Source: Sulfurospirillum sp. (GTDB lineage: Bacteria > Campylobacterota > Campylobacteria > Campylobacterales > Sulfurospirillaceae). Taken from it: a DNA stretch of 64,000 bases. The stretch covers positions 64,001 through 128,000 of the forward strand of contig JASFYR010000009.1 in the NCBI GenBank assembly GCA_045047115.1, written 5' to 3'. The notes beneath the pieces are model-generated. The model searched no databases, had not been told where the DNA came from, and worked only from the letters and a program-made list of their open reading frames with translations. Shown here piece after piece: positions 50,706 to 61,472 of this stretch; the stretch's first letter is position 1; every line of letters begins with the position of its first letter. A program made the translations under genes and the position numbers.

Positions 50706-52454
50706 CTAAGCTTTTTTTATCTCTCTTAATCTGATACCAAGCTCTCTTAGCTGTGCATTGTCAACCATGCCAGGTGCACTTGTGAGGAGGCATTGTGCTC
50801 TTTGAGTCTTTGGAAAAGCTATAACATCTCTTATACTACTGGAGTTTGTCAATAGCATGATAAGTCTATCTAGCCCTATAGCTAAACCGCCGTGGGGAGG
50901 CGCACCAAATTTTAGTGCATCTAGTAAAAATTCAAACTTTTCATTTGCCTCTTCTTCACTGATGCCTAGTAGCTTAAATACCTCTTGTTGAATTTCCGGC
51001 TTGTGTATTCTCATGCTTCCACCACCTAGTTCAACCCCATTTAGAACTATATCGTAAGCTATTGATTCCATCTCGTCTATCGGAGCATTTAAATCTTTTG
51101 GCATAGTAAATGGATGGTGCAAAGCTTTTATATCTCCGTTATCAACTTCAAACATATCAAAATCCACTACCCATAAAAATTCAAATCTATCTTTAGGAAT
51201 TATATCCATAAGTTCTGCTAAATATATTCTGAATCTTCCCATATAATCAAGTACAATTTTTTTATCACCAGCACCAAAGAAGATGACATCGCCTGTTTTT
51301 AGGTCTGAAACTTTTATGATTTCATCCAAATCTTCCTGGCTGAAAAATTTTGTTAAAGGACCTTTTAGACCGTCTTCTTTCATCTGAAAGTATCCAAGTC
51401 CGGCAGCTCCGAATTTTCTCACATAGTCTTCAAAACCCTTCATTTGTCTTTTTGAGAAGATATTGTCACCATTTGGTACTTTTAAGGCTTTTATGCGGTT
51501 ATTTTTCTTATCTTTTGCTATTTGACTGAAGATCTCATTTGTTGATTTGGCAAAAATATCTATGACATCTATAAGAGGTAGATCATATCTGAGATCTGGT
51601 TTATCACTACCGTAGGTTTCCATGGCGTCTTTGTACTTTAATCTTGCGAATGGAGTTTTTATATCATGCCCGCAAGCTTTAAATATATCTTTTATTAATG
51701 CTTCAGTTACCTCGATGACATCATCTTGTGTACAAAAACTCATCTCTAAATCTATCTGAGTAAACTCAGGTTGCCTATCAGCTCTTAAATCTTCATCACG
51801 AAAGCATTTTGCTATCTGAAAATACCTGTCAAATCCTGAGCACATCAAAAGTTGTTTAAAGAGTTGTGGAGATTGAGGAAGTGCAAAAAATTCTCCATTA
51901 TGAACTCTGCTTGGTACCAAATAGTCTCTTGCTCCCTCAGGAGTTGATTTTGTCAAAATTGGTGTTTCAACCTCAAGAAAATCTCTGGCATCAAGAAGGT
52001 TTCTTGCGGCTATTGAAGCTTTACTTCTTAACTTAAATATTTCATAAGCTTTTTTATTTCTTAAGTCCAGGTATCTGTATTTTAGCCTTACATCTTCACC
52101 CACACTGTTGTCGCCTATGACAAATGGTACAGGTTCACTGGCGTTTTCTATGATGAGTTTATCCACTACTATTTCTATTTTTCCTGTTTTTAGGTTTGGA
52201 TTTTCAAGTCCTTCGCCTCTGGCTCTAACTTTTCCTTTGGCTTTTAAAACAAACTCGTCTCTTACTTTGTTGGCGATAGAGTGAGCCTCTTTGCTGTCAG
52301 CCGGATCACAAACCAGTTGCACCAAGCCACTCTTGTCTCGTAAATCTATAAATATAACTCCGCCATGGTCTCTGCTGTTGTTGCACCAACCACAAACTTC
52401 TACTATTTCACCTATGTTTTTTTCGCTAACTTCTGTACAATAATGACTTCTCAA
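50706..52454 (-). CDS. aspS: Aspartate--tRNA ligase
   Basis: [57 protein letters not shown]. Confidence 0.98.
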   Translation of the reverse strand: MRSHYCTEVSEKNIGEIVEVCGWCNNSRDHGGVIFIDLRDKSGLVQLVCDPADSKEAHSIANKVRDEFVLKAKGKVRARGEGLENPNLKTGKIEIVVDKLIIENASEPVPFVIGDNSVGEDVRLKYRYLDLRNKKAYEIFKLRSKASIAARNLLDARDFLEVETPILTKSTPEGARDYLVPSRVHNGEFFALPQSPQLFKQLLMCSGFDRYFQIAKCFRDEDLRADRQPEFTQIDLEMSFCTQDDVIEVTEALIKDIFKACGHDIKTPFARLKYKDAMETYGSDKPDLRYDLPLIDVIDIFAKSTNEIFSQIAKDKKNNRIKALKVPNGDNIFSKRQMKGFEDYVRKFGAAGLGYFQMKEDGLKGPLTKFFSQEDLDEIIKVSDLKTGDVIFFGAGDKKIVLDYMGRFRIYLAELMDIIPKDRFEFLWVVDFDMFEVDNGDIKALHHPFTMPKDLNAPIDEMESIAYDIVLNGVELGGGSMRIHKPEIQQEVFKLLGISEEEANEKFEFLLDALKFGAPPHGGLAIGLDRLIMLLTNSSSIRDVIAFPKTQRAQCLLTSAPGMVDNAQLRELGIRLREIKKA

Positions 52455-52576
52455 TTTTTATCCCTCATATCCAATTTTAAGCTTGCTATTTTATCTAAAA
52501 AGAGCTTCATTTCACTTTATATTAATATATTTAGTGTTAAAATAGAAGCTTATGTGATTCAAAAGGATAAGTTTTT

Positions 52577-53392
52577 ATGTTTAAAACCTCGCTAATTTCA
52601 AGGCTGTTTGGTAAGTTTGCCTCTACAAAATTTCCGTCTTTTATACAGATTGTGATCAATAGAAGCTATGTAAATCTTATGAAAGTGGATATGAGTGAAT
52701 TTCATAAGCCATCATTTTACAAAAGTCTAAATGCACTTTTTACAAGAAAATTAATAAAAAAAAGAGAGATTAATTTGGATAAAAAGAGCTTTATCTCTCC
52801 TAGCGACAGTTTCATAACAGAGTGCGGAGTGATAGAAGAGGATAGAGCCTTGCAGATAAAGGGATTTTCTTATGAAGTGTCCTCTCTTCTTGGCGATAAA
52901 ATAGAAAAAGAACAAAAAGAAAAATTAGAGGATGGATATTATATAAATTTTTATCTCTCTCCAAAAGATTATCATCGCTACCATACACCGATAGATATGC
53001 AAGTGATAAAAGCGGTGCATATACCCGGTAAATTATATCCTGTAAATTTAACTTGGCTTCAAAAAATACCTTCTCTTTTTGTGGAAAATGAAAGAGTTGT
53101 TTTGGAGTGTAAAAGTGAGAGTGATGGACTCTTTTTCATGGTATTTGTAGGCGCATTAAATGTGGGAAAGATGAGTTTTGTTTTTGATAAACGAATTCAG
53201 ACAAATTGTGATAAAAACTATGTTACATACTATGAGTATAGTGATAAATTTTTGAAAAAAGCGCAAGAATTGGGAAAATTTGAGATGGGATCCACTATAG
53301 TCATGTTTTTTGAAAAAGATTTTGTCAAACTTGTTGCCAAAGAGGACAAAGATATAAGATTTGGAGAGAATATAGCTACATGTCAGCCATAA
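52577..53392 (+). CDS. psd: Phosphatidylserine decarboxylase proenzyme
   Basis: YLSPKDYHRYH, NERV, VGALNVG, FEMGSTI cleavage motif. Confidence 0.95.
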   Translation: MFKTSLISRLFGKFASTKFPSFIQIVINRSYVNLMKVDMSEFHKPSFYKSLNALFTRKLIKKREINLDKKSFISPSDSFITECGVIEEDRALQIKGFSYEVSSLLGDKIEKEQKEKLEDGYYINFYLSPKDYHRYHTPIDMQVIKAVHIPGKLYPVNLTWLQKIPSLFVENERVVLECKSESDGLFFMVFVGALNVGKMSFVFDKRIQTNCDKNYVTYYEYSDKFLKKAQELGKFEMGSTIVMFFEKDFVKLVAKEDKDIRFGENIATCQP

Positions 53393-54015
53393 AATCTATA
53401 ATTTTTGATATGGATGGGACTTTGCTTGATTCTAGTTATGCTCTTACATGCAGTGTAAATTTCGTAAGAGAGAGTTTGGGATTGGAGCCTTTGAGAAAAG
53501 AGACACTAGAGTATTATATAAATAAACCGGACCAGGATATGCCGATGATTTTCTATGGTACGAGAGAATATCAGGATCAGCACAGAGAGATGTTTAAAGA
53601 GCATTATCTAAAAAATGCAAATCTATATGTAGAACCATATGACGGTGTATATGAACTTCTAAATTTTTTAAAATCTTATGGTATTAAACTAAGTATTGCT
53701 ACAAATGCAGCTGAGTATTTTGCTAAAAATATGCTTGATTTTACAAAAATGTTAGACTATTTTTCTCATATAGTGGGTTCAAACAGTGTAGAAAAATCAA
53801 AACCAAATCCGGATATGATAAATTTTATCTGCGAAAAAACAGATATACCAAAAAAACAAACCATTCTCATAGGGGATAGCATAAAAGATGAGTTGGCGGC
53901 AAAAAATGCAAGTATGGACTTTTTATTTGCAAATTGGGGTTATGGAGAGAGTAGAAGTGAAAAAAAATTTGATACGATTTCTCAAATGACGGAGTATCTA
54001 AAAAGGGTGATATAA
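53380..54015 (+). CDS. HAD-family phosphatase (phosphoglycolate phosphatase-like)
   Basis: FDMDGTLLD, IATN, KPNP, IGDS..D, WGYG. Confidence 0.88.
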   Translation: MSAIKSIIFDMDGTLLDSSYALTCSVNFVRESLGLEPLRKETLEYYINKPDQDMPMIFYGTREYQDQHREMFKEHYLKNANLYVEPYDGVYELLNFLKSYGIKLSIATNAAEYFAKNMLDFTKMLDYFSHIVGSNSVEKSKPNPDMINFICEKTDIPKKQTILIGDSIKDELAAKNASMDFLFANWGYGESRSEKKFDTISQMTEYLKRVI

Positions 54016-54026
54016 AACACCCCTTT

Positions 54027-54057
54027 ATGAGACCACTCCATTGTGCAGTGGTCTCAT
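54027..54057. terminator. Hairpin between convergent genes (bidirectional terminator candidate)
   Basis: ATGAGACCACT-N9-AGTGGTCTCAT, preceded by a second hairpin AGGGTG/CACCCC. Confidence 0.6.
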
Positions 54058-54074
54058 TATGGATAGGTACTTAG

Positions 54075-54590
54075 TTAAAACAGTGCTTTTATATCTTTTG
54101 TAAGTCTCTTTTCACTTTGCATGCCTAGGTATGTTTTTGATGCTTCACCATTTTTGTCAAGTAAGATTGAGTATGGTATCTGCCCTCTCCAGCCTGTTTT
54201 TGATGATACAAAATTTGCAAGATCAAAAGCCTCTTTTGTTGCAGGAATAACAGGATAGTTGATATTATGAGAAGCTATAAAGTTTTCTATTTCCGGTTGG
54301 GCCATTTTTTGCTGTACATGTACTGCTATAATTTGAAACTTTTTTTGGAGTTCATTTTGAAGTTTTACAAAACCTGGAATCTCTGCACGACAAGGTGGAC
54401 AGTTTTTTCCAAAAAAAGCCAATAAAACAACTTTCCCTTTGTATGTAGGCGAGTATATACCGCTATCCATGGTTTGAAGTTCTATACTCTTGCCTGTCGA
54501 ATCTTTGAAATTATAGGTTTTGAGTATGTTTTTTGCCTGTAGATTAATGCCCAAAAAGGCAACAAACATTAAAACTATGATTTTTTTCAT
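54075..54590 (-). CDS. TlpA/ResA-like exported thioredoxin
   Basis: Signal peptide, KGKVVLLAF..CPPCRAEIP, INYPV, cis-Pro loop QIPY. Confidence 0.85.
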   Translation of the reverse strand: MKKIIVLMFVAFLGINLQAKNILKTYNFKDSTGKSIELQTMDSGIYSPTYKGKVVLLAFFGKNCPPCRAEIPGFVKLQNELQKKFQIIAVHVQQKMAQPEIENFIASHNINYPVIPATKEAFDLANFVSSKTGWRGQIPYSILLDKNGEASKTYLGMQSEKRLTKDIKALF

Positions 54591-54661
54591 CTTTTCCCTT
54601 TTTTATGAATGTTATAGTAAAATTATAAATATTTTCTAAATAACTTATATTTGTACATTAA

Positions 54662-54778
54662 CTGACCTTACGCACTACAATGAGCAAAGCCCATTGTAGT
54701 GGCAGGGACGGGGAGTCCCTACAACCCCCTAAAGCTACAAAAAGTGGGACTTTTCGAGAAAAAAGTGCCTAAGGTCAG
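54662..54778. mobile_element. MITE/REP-like 117-bp element with 15-bp terminal inverted repeats
   Basis: CTGACCTTACGCACT ... AGTGCCTAAGGTCAG (14/15 inverted match), internal hairpins, GC-richer than the flanks, carries GCTTTAG on the minus strand. Confidence 0.5.
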
Positions 54779-55875
54779 ACATTAAATCTAAAGTGCATGA
54801 CATCTCCGTCTTGTACTTCATAATCCTTACCCTCTAATCTCATCTTTCCAGCCTCTTTTGCTCCATGCTCTCCATTGTTTGCTATAAAGTCGTCATAGCC
54901 TATGACTTCTGCCCGTATAAAACCTTTTTCAAAGTCATTATGTATTACAGAGGCTGCTTTTGGGGCACTCCAGCCCTTTCTTATGGTCCAGGCCCTTACC
55001 TCTTTGACACCTGCAGTAAAGTAGCTTATCAGGTTGAGTTTTGCGAATGCTGTATGAATTATCTTGTTTAGGCCAGACTCCTTGACTCCCAGTTCTTCCA
55101 AGAACTCCTGCGCTTCATCTTCTTCAAGACCAACAAGCTCCTCTTCTATCTTTGCGCAAAGCGTTATAACTTCTGCTCCAACTTCTTTGGCATGTTCTTT
55201 TACTGATTTTACATACCCGTTTTCTTCCAAAAGTGAATCTTCATCTACATTTGCACCGTATATGATAGTTTTTGAGGATAAAAATCTAAGCTCTTTATTT
55301 AGATCCAAAAAGAGTTCATTCTCTTTTTTGGCAAAACTGCTGACAGGTTTTAGCTCATCCAAGTGCTCTTTTAATTCAAGTGCAATCTCAAGTATCGGTC
55401 GCGCTGATTTATCTGCTTTTGATTGTCTGTTTAGCTTCTGTATTTTTTTATCAAGCTGTTCTACATCTGCCAGTATTAACTCTGTTTCTATAATTTCTAT
55501 ATCTCTTAGTGGGTCTATTCCACCCTCTACATGTACAACATTTTCATCTTCAAAGCATCTGACCATATGGAGTATTACTTCAACTTCTCTTATGTTTGAT
55601 AAAAATTGATTTCCCAGTCCTTCTCCCTTGCTGGCACCCTTTACGAGTCCTGCAATATCTACAAAATCAACAGTTGAATATTGTAATCTTTCCGGATTTA
55701 CTATTTTTGCCAACTCAGCCAATCTGCTATCGGGAACCGGTACTATTGCTTTGTTCGGCTCTATTGTACAAAATAGATAATTCTCACTTTGTGCATTTTG
55801 AGCCTTTGTCAAAGCATTGAACGTTGTTGATTTGCCTATATTTGGAAGTCCTACTATTCCTACACCTAGTCCCAT
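54775..55875 (-). CDS. ychF: Redox-regulated ATPase YchF
   Basis: GIVGLPNIGKST, FCTIEPN, DIAGLVKGASKGEGLGNQFL, C-terminal TGS ending HFRFNV. Confidence 0.97.
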   Translation of the reverse strand: MGLGVGIVGLPNIGKSTTFNALTKAQNAQSENYLFCTIEPNKAIVPVPDSRLAELAKIVNPERLQYSTVDFVDIAGLVKGASKGEGLGNQFLSNIREVEVILHMVRCFEDENVVHVEGGIDPLRDIEIIETELILADVEQLDKKIQKLNRQSKADKSARPILEIALELKEHLDELKPVSSFAKKENELFLDLNKELRFLSSKTIIYGANVDEDSLLEENGYVKSVKEHAKEVGAEVITLCAKIEEELVGLEEDEAQEFLEELGVKESGLNKIIHTAFAKLNLISYFTAGVKEVRAWTIRKGWSAPKAASVIHNDFEKGFIRAEVIGYDDFIANNGEHGAKEAGKMRLEGKDYEVQDGDVMHFRFNV

Positions 55876-57356
55876 TATTTCTCATCCTTGTGTACTCGGT
55901 TTTCTTTATAATAAAAATCTTTCATCCAATAAACACACATTCTCACTCCTGCTCCACTGGCTCCGTATTGGTTATAACCCCACTCTTTTTCTGTATATGC
56001 GGGTCCTGCGATATCAAGGTGTAGCCATTTGTGTTTGTACTCATCTTTTATAAAGTTATCTAAAAACAGTCCAGCGGTTATAGCTCCGCCATATCTTGAA
56101 CTTGAGATATTTGATATATCGGCAACTGAGCTTTTTAGAAGTTTTTTTAAGTATCTGTTGAATTGAAGTGTGCTCGCTAATTCACCACTTTTTTTAGCTG
56201 ATGTTAAGAAAGAGTGCTTAAGCGAAGAGTCGTGACCCATCACACCACTTGTGTATTCGCCAACTGCAACCACACAAGCACCTGTTAAAGTTGCCAAATC
56301 CACTAAATAATCCGGTTTTAAATCTTGTGCAAAATCTAAACAATCAGCCAGGACAAGTCTTCCTTCGGCATCGGTATTTCTTACTTCTATACTTTTGCCA
56401 TTCCTTGCTATCAGTACATCATCAGGTTTATATGCATCTGCTCCTATCATATTTTCTGCAGCCCCTATGATAGAGTGAACTTCAAAAGGGAGCTTTAAAA
56501 GAGCGGCTGCTTTAATGATATTTATAGCTGCGGCTGCTCCGCTTTTATCTGATTTCATAGTGACCATATGTTCACTTGGTTTTAGACTGAGTCCACCACT
56601 GTCATAAGTCAAGCCCTTGCCAACAAAAACAAATCTTTTTGTACTATTTTCCGGCTTATAGCTAAGATGAATGAGTCTTGGTTTTTGACTACTTGCTCTG
56701 GCGACTGCCAAAAATGCACCCATCTTCTCTTTTTCTAAAAATTTTTCATCGCCTATGAAACACTCCAAGCTATCAATCTCATTGCTCAAATTTTGTGCAT
56801 AGTCTGCCAGATTTTTTGGATCCATCTCTTTTGGAGCTGTATTTACGATATCTTTTGTACTGTTTGTTGCTTTGGCTATGATGATGGCTTCATCAACAGC
56901 TTTTTTGGTAGAGTCAGCATTGTAGGATTTGCCGTTGTAATCCTCGGTAGAAATTTTAACAGTTTTTATGGGAAAAGAGTGTTTTTTGCTTTTATATTTA
57001 TCAAAACTGTATGTGCCAAGGAGTATTCCCTCTGCTAAAGCTCTAGCGTTTATAGGAGGACAATTATTAGTATATAATCCAACTTTGATACTTTCATAAT
57101 TACTCTTTTTGATAACTTGCAGGGCATTTGAGACAGCTATTCTTATATCGTCACTCTCTAGTGAATCAGCTACAGCATAGACCTTGTCAACGTCCGCTAA
57201 AAAGCCTACCTCTTCACTCTCGCCTTTAAAACCAAGTTTGGTCAATGTCTCAGCGTTATCGATCCATCTGTGTTTTAAGTTTTTGTCTAAAATAAGTACA
57301 ATTTCACAATCAGCTTTTATATCTTTTAATTTTTCATCTAAAATTTCAAAATTCAT
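55875..57356 (-). CDS. pepA: Leucyl aminopeptidase (M17)
   Basis: GKGLTYDSGG, MKSDKSG, NTDAEGRL, ATLTGA, WLHLDIAG. Confidence 0.96.
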   Translation of the reverse strand: MNFEILDEKLKDIKADCEIVLILDKNLKHRWIDNAETLTKLGFKGESEEVGFLADVDKVYAVADSLESDDIRIAVSNALQVIKKSNYESIKVGLYTNNCPPINARALAEGILLGTYSFDKYKSKKHSFPIKTVKISTEDYNGKSYNADSTKKAVDEAIIIAKATNSTKDIVNTAPKEMDPKNLADYAQNLSNEIDSLECFIGDEKFLEKEKMGAFLAVARASSQKPRLIHLSYKPENSTKRFVFVGKGLTYDSGGLSLKPSEHMVTMKSDKSGAAAAINIIKAAALLKLPFEVHSIIGAAENMIGADAYKPDDVLIARNGKSIEVRNTDAEGRLVLADCLDFAQDLKPDYLVDLATLTGACVVAVGEYTSGVMGHDSSLKHSFLTSAKKSGELASTLQFNRYLKKLLKSSVADISNISSSRYGGAITAGLFLDNFIKDEYKHKWLHLDIAGPAYTEKEWGYNQYGASGAGVRMCVYWMKDFYYKENRVHKDEK

Positions 57357-57943
57357 ATTTTTTTCCTTACCTTTTCTTTAATTTTTTTCTCAGTAGTTAC
57401 ATGAAAATAGTAGTATATGCCACCACCCATCGCTAATCCTAATGGAGCAGCTAGGTACCAATGGGATTTTGCCCATTTGATGACCACCAATATCTCCTCC
57501 CCGAAGTACCAGGCAGGCATAATTGTAACAGTTGCCCATACCCATGCACTAAGCAGATTTATGAAGGCAAACTTTTTGGCACTATAACCTGTCAGTCCTA
57601 TGGACATCGGTATAATCGTCCTTAAGCCGTACATGTAGCGTTGTAAAAATATGATGGGCCACCCATTGTTTTTTATAAGAACATGTGCTAGGGCAAATTT
57701 TCTTCTTTGGCTTCTAAATTTTCTGTACACAAATTTTTTGTTGTATCTGCCTATATGAAAATAGATCTGATCTCCACTGAAACCTCCAAGTCCTGCCACA
57801 AATATGGCGATATAGAGATTCATGTTTCCTGTATGTGACATAATGCCGGCCATAATCAATCCCATTTCACCCTCAAAAATACTCCAAAAGTAGAGGATTA
57901 TATAGCCATAATGTTGTAGTAATTCTATAAGATATGCTTCCAA
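57353..57943 (-). CDS. DedA-family membrane protein
   Basis: YGYIILY..FEGE, GDQIYFHIGR, QRYMYGLR. Confidence 0.9.
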   Translation of the reverse strand: MEAYLIELLQHYGYIILYFWSIFEGEMGLIMAGIMSHTGNMNLYIAIFVAGLGGFSGDQIYFHIGRYNKKFVYRKFRSQRRKFALAHVLIKNNGWPIIFLQRYMYGLRTIIPMSIGLTGYSAKKFAFINLLSAWVWATVTIMPAWYFGEEILVVIKWAKSHWYLAAPLGLAMGGGIYYYFHVTTEKKIKEKVRKKI

Positions 57944-57955
57944 AATATTACTTTG

Positions 57956-59161
57956 CTAGGGTATATCTATAAGAGTTTGGGCTTGCACCATATCTTTGTC
58001 GCCCCGTCCTGAAAGGTTGACTATAATCAATCTGTTTTCAAGCTCTTCTTTTTTCATTTTTTTGAGGTAAGCTATGGCATGTGAACTCTCAAATGCAGGG
58101 ATAATCCCCTCTTTTTGGCTCAACCAGACAAAAGCATCGAGTGCTTCTTTGTCTGTGATATTTTCATATCTGGCTTTTTCCAAGTCTTTCAAATAGGCAT
58201 GTTCGGGTCCGATTCCGGGATAATCAAGTCCGGCAGAGATAGAGTAAGCCTCTTTTATCTGTCCGTCATTATCTTGAAGCAAGTAGCTCATTTGTCCGTG
58301 AAGAACTCCAGGAGAGCCTTTGGCAAGTGAACATCCATGTAACTCGGTATCTACCCCTTTTCCACCCGCTTCTATACCTATACATGTAACACCGTCTTCA
58401 TCCAGAAAGTGGCTAAATATCCCTATGGCATTACTTCCGCCACCTATGCATGCTATGATAGTATCAGGCAGTTTCCCTTCTTTTTTCAAAATTTGTGCTT
58501 TTGCCTCGTATCCGATGATAGCTTGAAAATCCCTAACCATCATGGGGTAGGGGTGAGGTCCTGCTACAGTACCTATGATGTAAAAAGTATCTCTGGCATT
58601 TGTAACCCAATATCTTATGGCTTCATTCATGGCATCTTTTAGAGTTTTACTGCCACTTTTGACAGAGTGGACTTTAGCACCTAGAAGTTTCATTCTAAAA
58701 ACATTTAACTCTTGTCTTTTGACATCAATTTCACCCATAAAAACATCACATTCAAGCCCTAAAAGAGCAGCTACTGTAGCAGTTGCCACTCCGTGTTGTC
58801 CTGCTCCTGTTTCTGCTATAACTTTTTTCTTACCCAGTCTTTTGGCGAGTAATCCCTGAGCTATAGTGTTGTTCACCTTGTGAGCACCTGTATGATTTAA
58901 ATCTTCCCTTTTGAGATAGATTTTTGCACCCAACTCATCAGAGATATTTTTTGCATAGTACAGGGGTGAGGGGCGACCGACATATTCGTTTAGATAGTAG
59001 TTTACCTCTTCCCAAAAATCCTTGTCAAATCTTAGCTTTTCATACTCTTTATTTAACTCAAGCAGGGTTGGCATAAGGGTCTCAGGAACATATCTTCCGC
59101 CGTAAATTCCAAAATGCCCATTGTCATCCGGGTCGAATTTGGATTTTTTAGGTATATACAT
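57956..59161 (-). CDS. trpB: Tryptophan synthase beta chain
   Basis: [51 protein letters not shown]. Confidence 0.97.
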   Translation of the reverse strand: MYIPKKSKFDPDDNGHFGIYGGRYVPETLMPTLLELNKEYEKLRFDKDFWEEVNYYLNEYVGRPSPLYYAKNISDELGAKIYLKREDLNHTGAHKVNNTIAQGLLAKRLGKKKVIAETGAGQHGVATATVAALLGLECDVFMGEIDVKRQELNVFRMKLLGAKVHSVKSGSKTLKDAMNEAIRYWVTNARDTFYIIGTVAGPHPYPMMVRDFQAIIGYEAKAQILKKEGKLPDTIIACIGGGSNAIGIFSHFLDEDGVTCIGIEAGGKGVDTELHGCSLAKGSPGVLHGQMSYLLQDNDGQIKEAYSISAGLDYPGIGPEHAYLKDLEKARYENITDKEALDAFVWLSQKEGIIPAFESSHAIAYLKKMKKEELENRLIIVNLSGRGDKDMVQAQTLIDIP

Positions 59162-59715
59162 CAATCAATCTCCAAAACAGAATAGACAGGAGTTATTTTT
59201 TTTATCCCCTCGTCCCCGTTTAAAAATTTTAGATTTATGATAAAACATGCTTCGATGCAGTTTGCTCCTGCTTTGTTTATGAGAGTTACCGCTGCTTTTG
59301 CCGTACCTCCTGTCGCTATCAAGTCATCTATCAATAACACATTTGGCTTGGCTTTTTCACACTTAAAAGCATCTATATGAACCTCAACTTCATCCACACC
59401 ATACTCCAGTGAGTATTTTTCACTGATGGTAGTGTATGGGAGTTTCCCCGGTTTTCTAATAGGAACAAATTTTACACCAAGCATTGTTGCAAGCGATGCT
59501 CCAAATATAAAACCTCTACTTTCAATTCCTGCTATATAATCAATATTCCGGTCTTTATATCTGCCGCTTAAGTGGTTCATCAAAAGTGTATATGCTTTTG
59601 CATTACCCAAAAGTGTAGTGATATCTTTAAAGCCAATTCCCGGCTTTGGAAAATCTTCAACTGTTCTTATGGAATTGAGTAAAAAATCTTTATCATTGTT
59701 TGTTAATGTTTTCAT
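59161..59715 (-). CDS. apt: Adenine phosphoribosyltransferase
   Basis: [38 protein letters not shown]. Confidence 0.97.
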   Translation of the reverse strand: MKTLTNNDKDFLLNSIRTVEDFPKPGIGFKDITTLLGNAKAYTLLMNHLSGRYKDRNIDYIAGIESRGFIFGASLATMLGVKFVPIRKPGKLPYTTISEKYSLEYGVDEVEVHIDAFKCEKAKPNVLLIDDLIATGGTAKAAVTLINKAGANCIEACFIINLKFLNGDEGIKKITPVYSVLEID

Positions 59716-59796
59716 TTTAATCCTTAAAAATTTTCATTTTTAAATAAACAAAAAAGCCTGTTACAAAAAGTACAGTTCCATATGCTATTAAATCTG

Positions 59797-60126
59797 TCAT
59801 AGCAGTGCCTCTATCTTTCCTTCTAGCTCTTTTATGTGTTGTCTGAGTTTTTCATTTTCCATTCTGTATTGAGAATTTCTAGTCCTGAGAGATTTCAGAT
59901 CATTTTTAATTTTGTTTAACTCATCACTCAGTATATCTATGTTTCCAAGTGATCTTTGTAACTGAACCTGATACTTTCTTATGACGATTTCTGCATCACC
60001 CAAAGTCTCTTTTATTATGATACTGCCACTTTTTTCTTTGCGGAGTAGAGTACGATAGTAAAAAACCATCACGAGCAGATATATGCTAAGAGAGAGAAGA
60101 ATTGTAGTTAATAGCCAATCGGTCAT
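59797..60126 (-). CDS. Hypothetical membrane-anchored coiled-coil protein
   Basis: N-terminal TM helix followed by a coiled coil; between rpiB and apt as in Campylobacter. Confidence 0.8.
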   Translation of the reverse strand: MTDWLLTTILLSLSIYLLVMVFYYRTLLRKEKSGSIIIKETLGDAEIVIRKYQVQLQRSLGNIDILSDELNKIKNDLKSLRTRNSQYRMENEKLRQHIKELEGKIEALL

Positions 60127-60128
60127 AT

Positions 60129-60557
60129 CTAAATCTCTATTTTAGCAACTCTTTGTGCATGTCGTCCGCCCTCAAATTTGGTTTGGCACCATCCGTCCAA
60201 GATAGACTTGGCAACTCCTAAGCCTACAACTCTCTCACCAAAACACAAAACATTTGCATCGTTGTGTGCTCTTGCCATTTGTGCGGTGTAAGCATCATGG
60301 CAAAGTGCGGCTCTTATACCTTTATGCTTGTTTGCACTTAGGCTCATTCCTATGCCGGTTCCGCAGATCAAAATACCCTGACTCCCGTTATTTGCTAAAA
60401 CCTTAAGACAGAGTTTGTGTGCAAAATCGGGATAGTCAACCCTAGAGTTGTTCTCTGGTCCCAAATCCACTACTTCATGCCCCATTTCTTTTAACATCTC
60501 TATGATATTTGGTTTGATATTGATACCTGCATGGTCTGTTGCAATAAAAAATTTCAA
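60129..60557 (-). CDS. rpiB: Ribose-5-phosphate isomerase B
   Basis: TDHAG, DYPD, CGTGIGMS, HNDANVL, FEGGRH. Confidence 0.96.
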   Translation of the reverse strand: MKFFIATDHAGINIKPNIIEMLKEMGHEVVDLGPENNSRVDYPDFAHKLCLKVLANNGSQGILICGTGIGMSLSANKHKGIRAALCHDAYTAQMARAHNDANVLCFGERVVGLGVAKSILDGWCQTKFEGGRHAQRVAKIEI

Positions 60558-60666
60558 AAACTTTCCTTCGGTGTAATTTATAGGGGATTATATCATAAGG
60601 AAGTTTAGAAAAGCTGTAATTAAAATAAAATAGTATATCATAACAAAAAATTTAGGAGTAATTTAT

Positions 60667-61317
60667 ATGAATTTGATGGTATTTGGTGCACCTGGAGCAG
60701 GCAAAGGTACTCAGGCAAAATTTTTAGTAGAAAAGTACAATATCCCCCAAATCTCGACAGGAGATATGCTAAGAGCCGCTATAGCACAAAAGAGTGTTAT
60801 GGGAATGGAAGCTAAAAAATACATGGATAACGGTGAATTGGTTCCGGATTCCACAATCATAGGAATTATAAAAGAGAGATTGGAAAAAGATGATTGCCAA
60901 AATGGCTTTATTTTAGATGGTTTTCCAAGAACTTTAGCCCAAGCTCAAGCACTTGATGTATTGATGGAAGAGAGTGGCAAAGAGTTGGATTTTGTTCTTT
61001 CGTTTGATGTACCTGATGAATTGATTATAGAAAGAATCGCAGGTAGAAGAGTATGTCCAAAGTGTGGAGCCTCATATCATATAGAGTTTAATCCTCCAAA
61101 AACTAAGGGAACATGTGATGCCTGCGGAGCAGAGTTGATAACTAGAGAAGACGATAATGCAGATACTGTTAAAAACAGACTTGCAAACTATCACAAGCAA
61201 ACCGCTCCTTTGATAGACTTTTATAAAAAAATGGGAGTTTTTGCTCAGATAGATGGTTCACAAGAACTCAGTAAAGTAACAGAGGATATGTTTAAAGTTT
61301 TGAAAAAAAAGTACTAA
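60667..61317 (+). CDS. adk: Adenylate kinase, long form with zinc-finger LID
   Basis: GAPGAGKGTQA, STGDMLR, LDGFPRT, CPKC..CDAC LID, REDD. Confidence 0.93.
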   Translation: MNLMVFGAPGAGKGTQAKFLVEKYNIPQISTGDMLRAAIAQKSVMGMEAKKYMDNGELVPDSTIIGIIKERLEKDDCQNGFILDGFPRTLAQAQALDVLMEESGKELDFVLSFDVPDELIIERIAGRRVCPKCGASYHIEFNPPKTKGTCDACGAELITREDDNADTVKNRLANYHKQTAPLIDFYKKMGVFAQIDGSQELSKVTEDMFKVLKKKY

Positions 61318-61323
61318 GTCTTA

Positions 61324-61359
61324 TATAGCCTTACAAATTATTAGTTTTGTGAGGCTATA
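61324..61359 (+). terminator. Putative terminator hairpin after the second adk
   Basis: TATAGCCTTACAAA-N8-TTTGTGAGGCTATA. Confidence 0.65.
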
Positions 61360-61472
61360 ACTCTGAGCATTTGGACAGTTGACACCTCTATGACACAGTT
61401 TGTAGATATTATGTTGTGTATGTAAGGAGTCAACTATAAAGAAACCTAACTAAAAAAGATTGATTTAAAGTT

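Noticed and set aside
55770..55785. YchF NYLFCT instead of the usual NYPFCT
   Set aside because: A single-base difference that cannot be told apart from a sequencing error or neutral variant.
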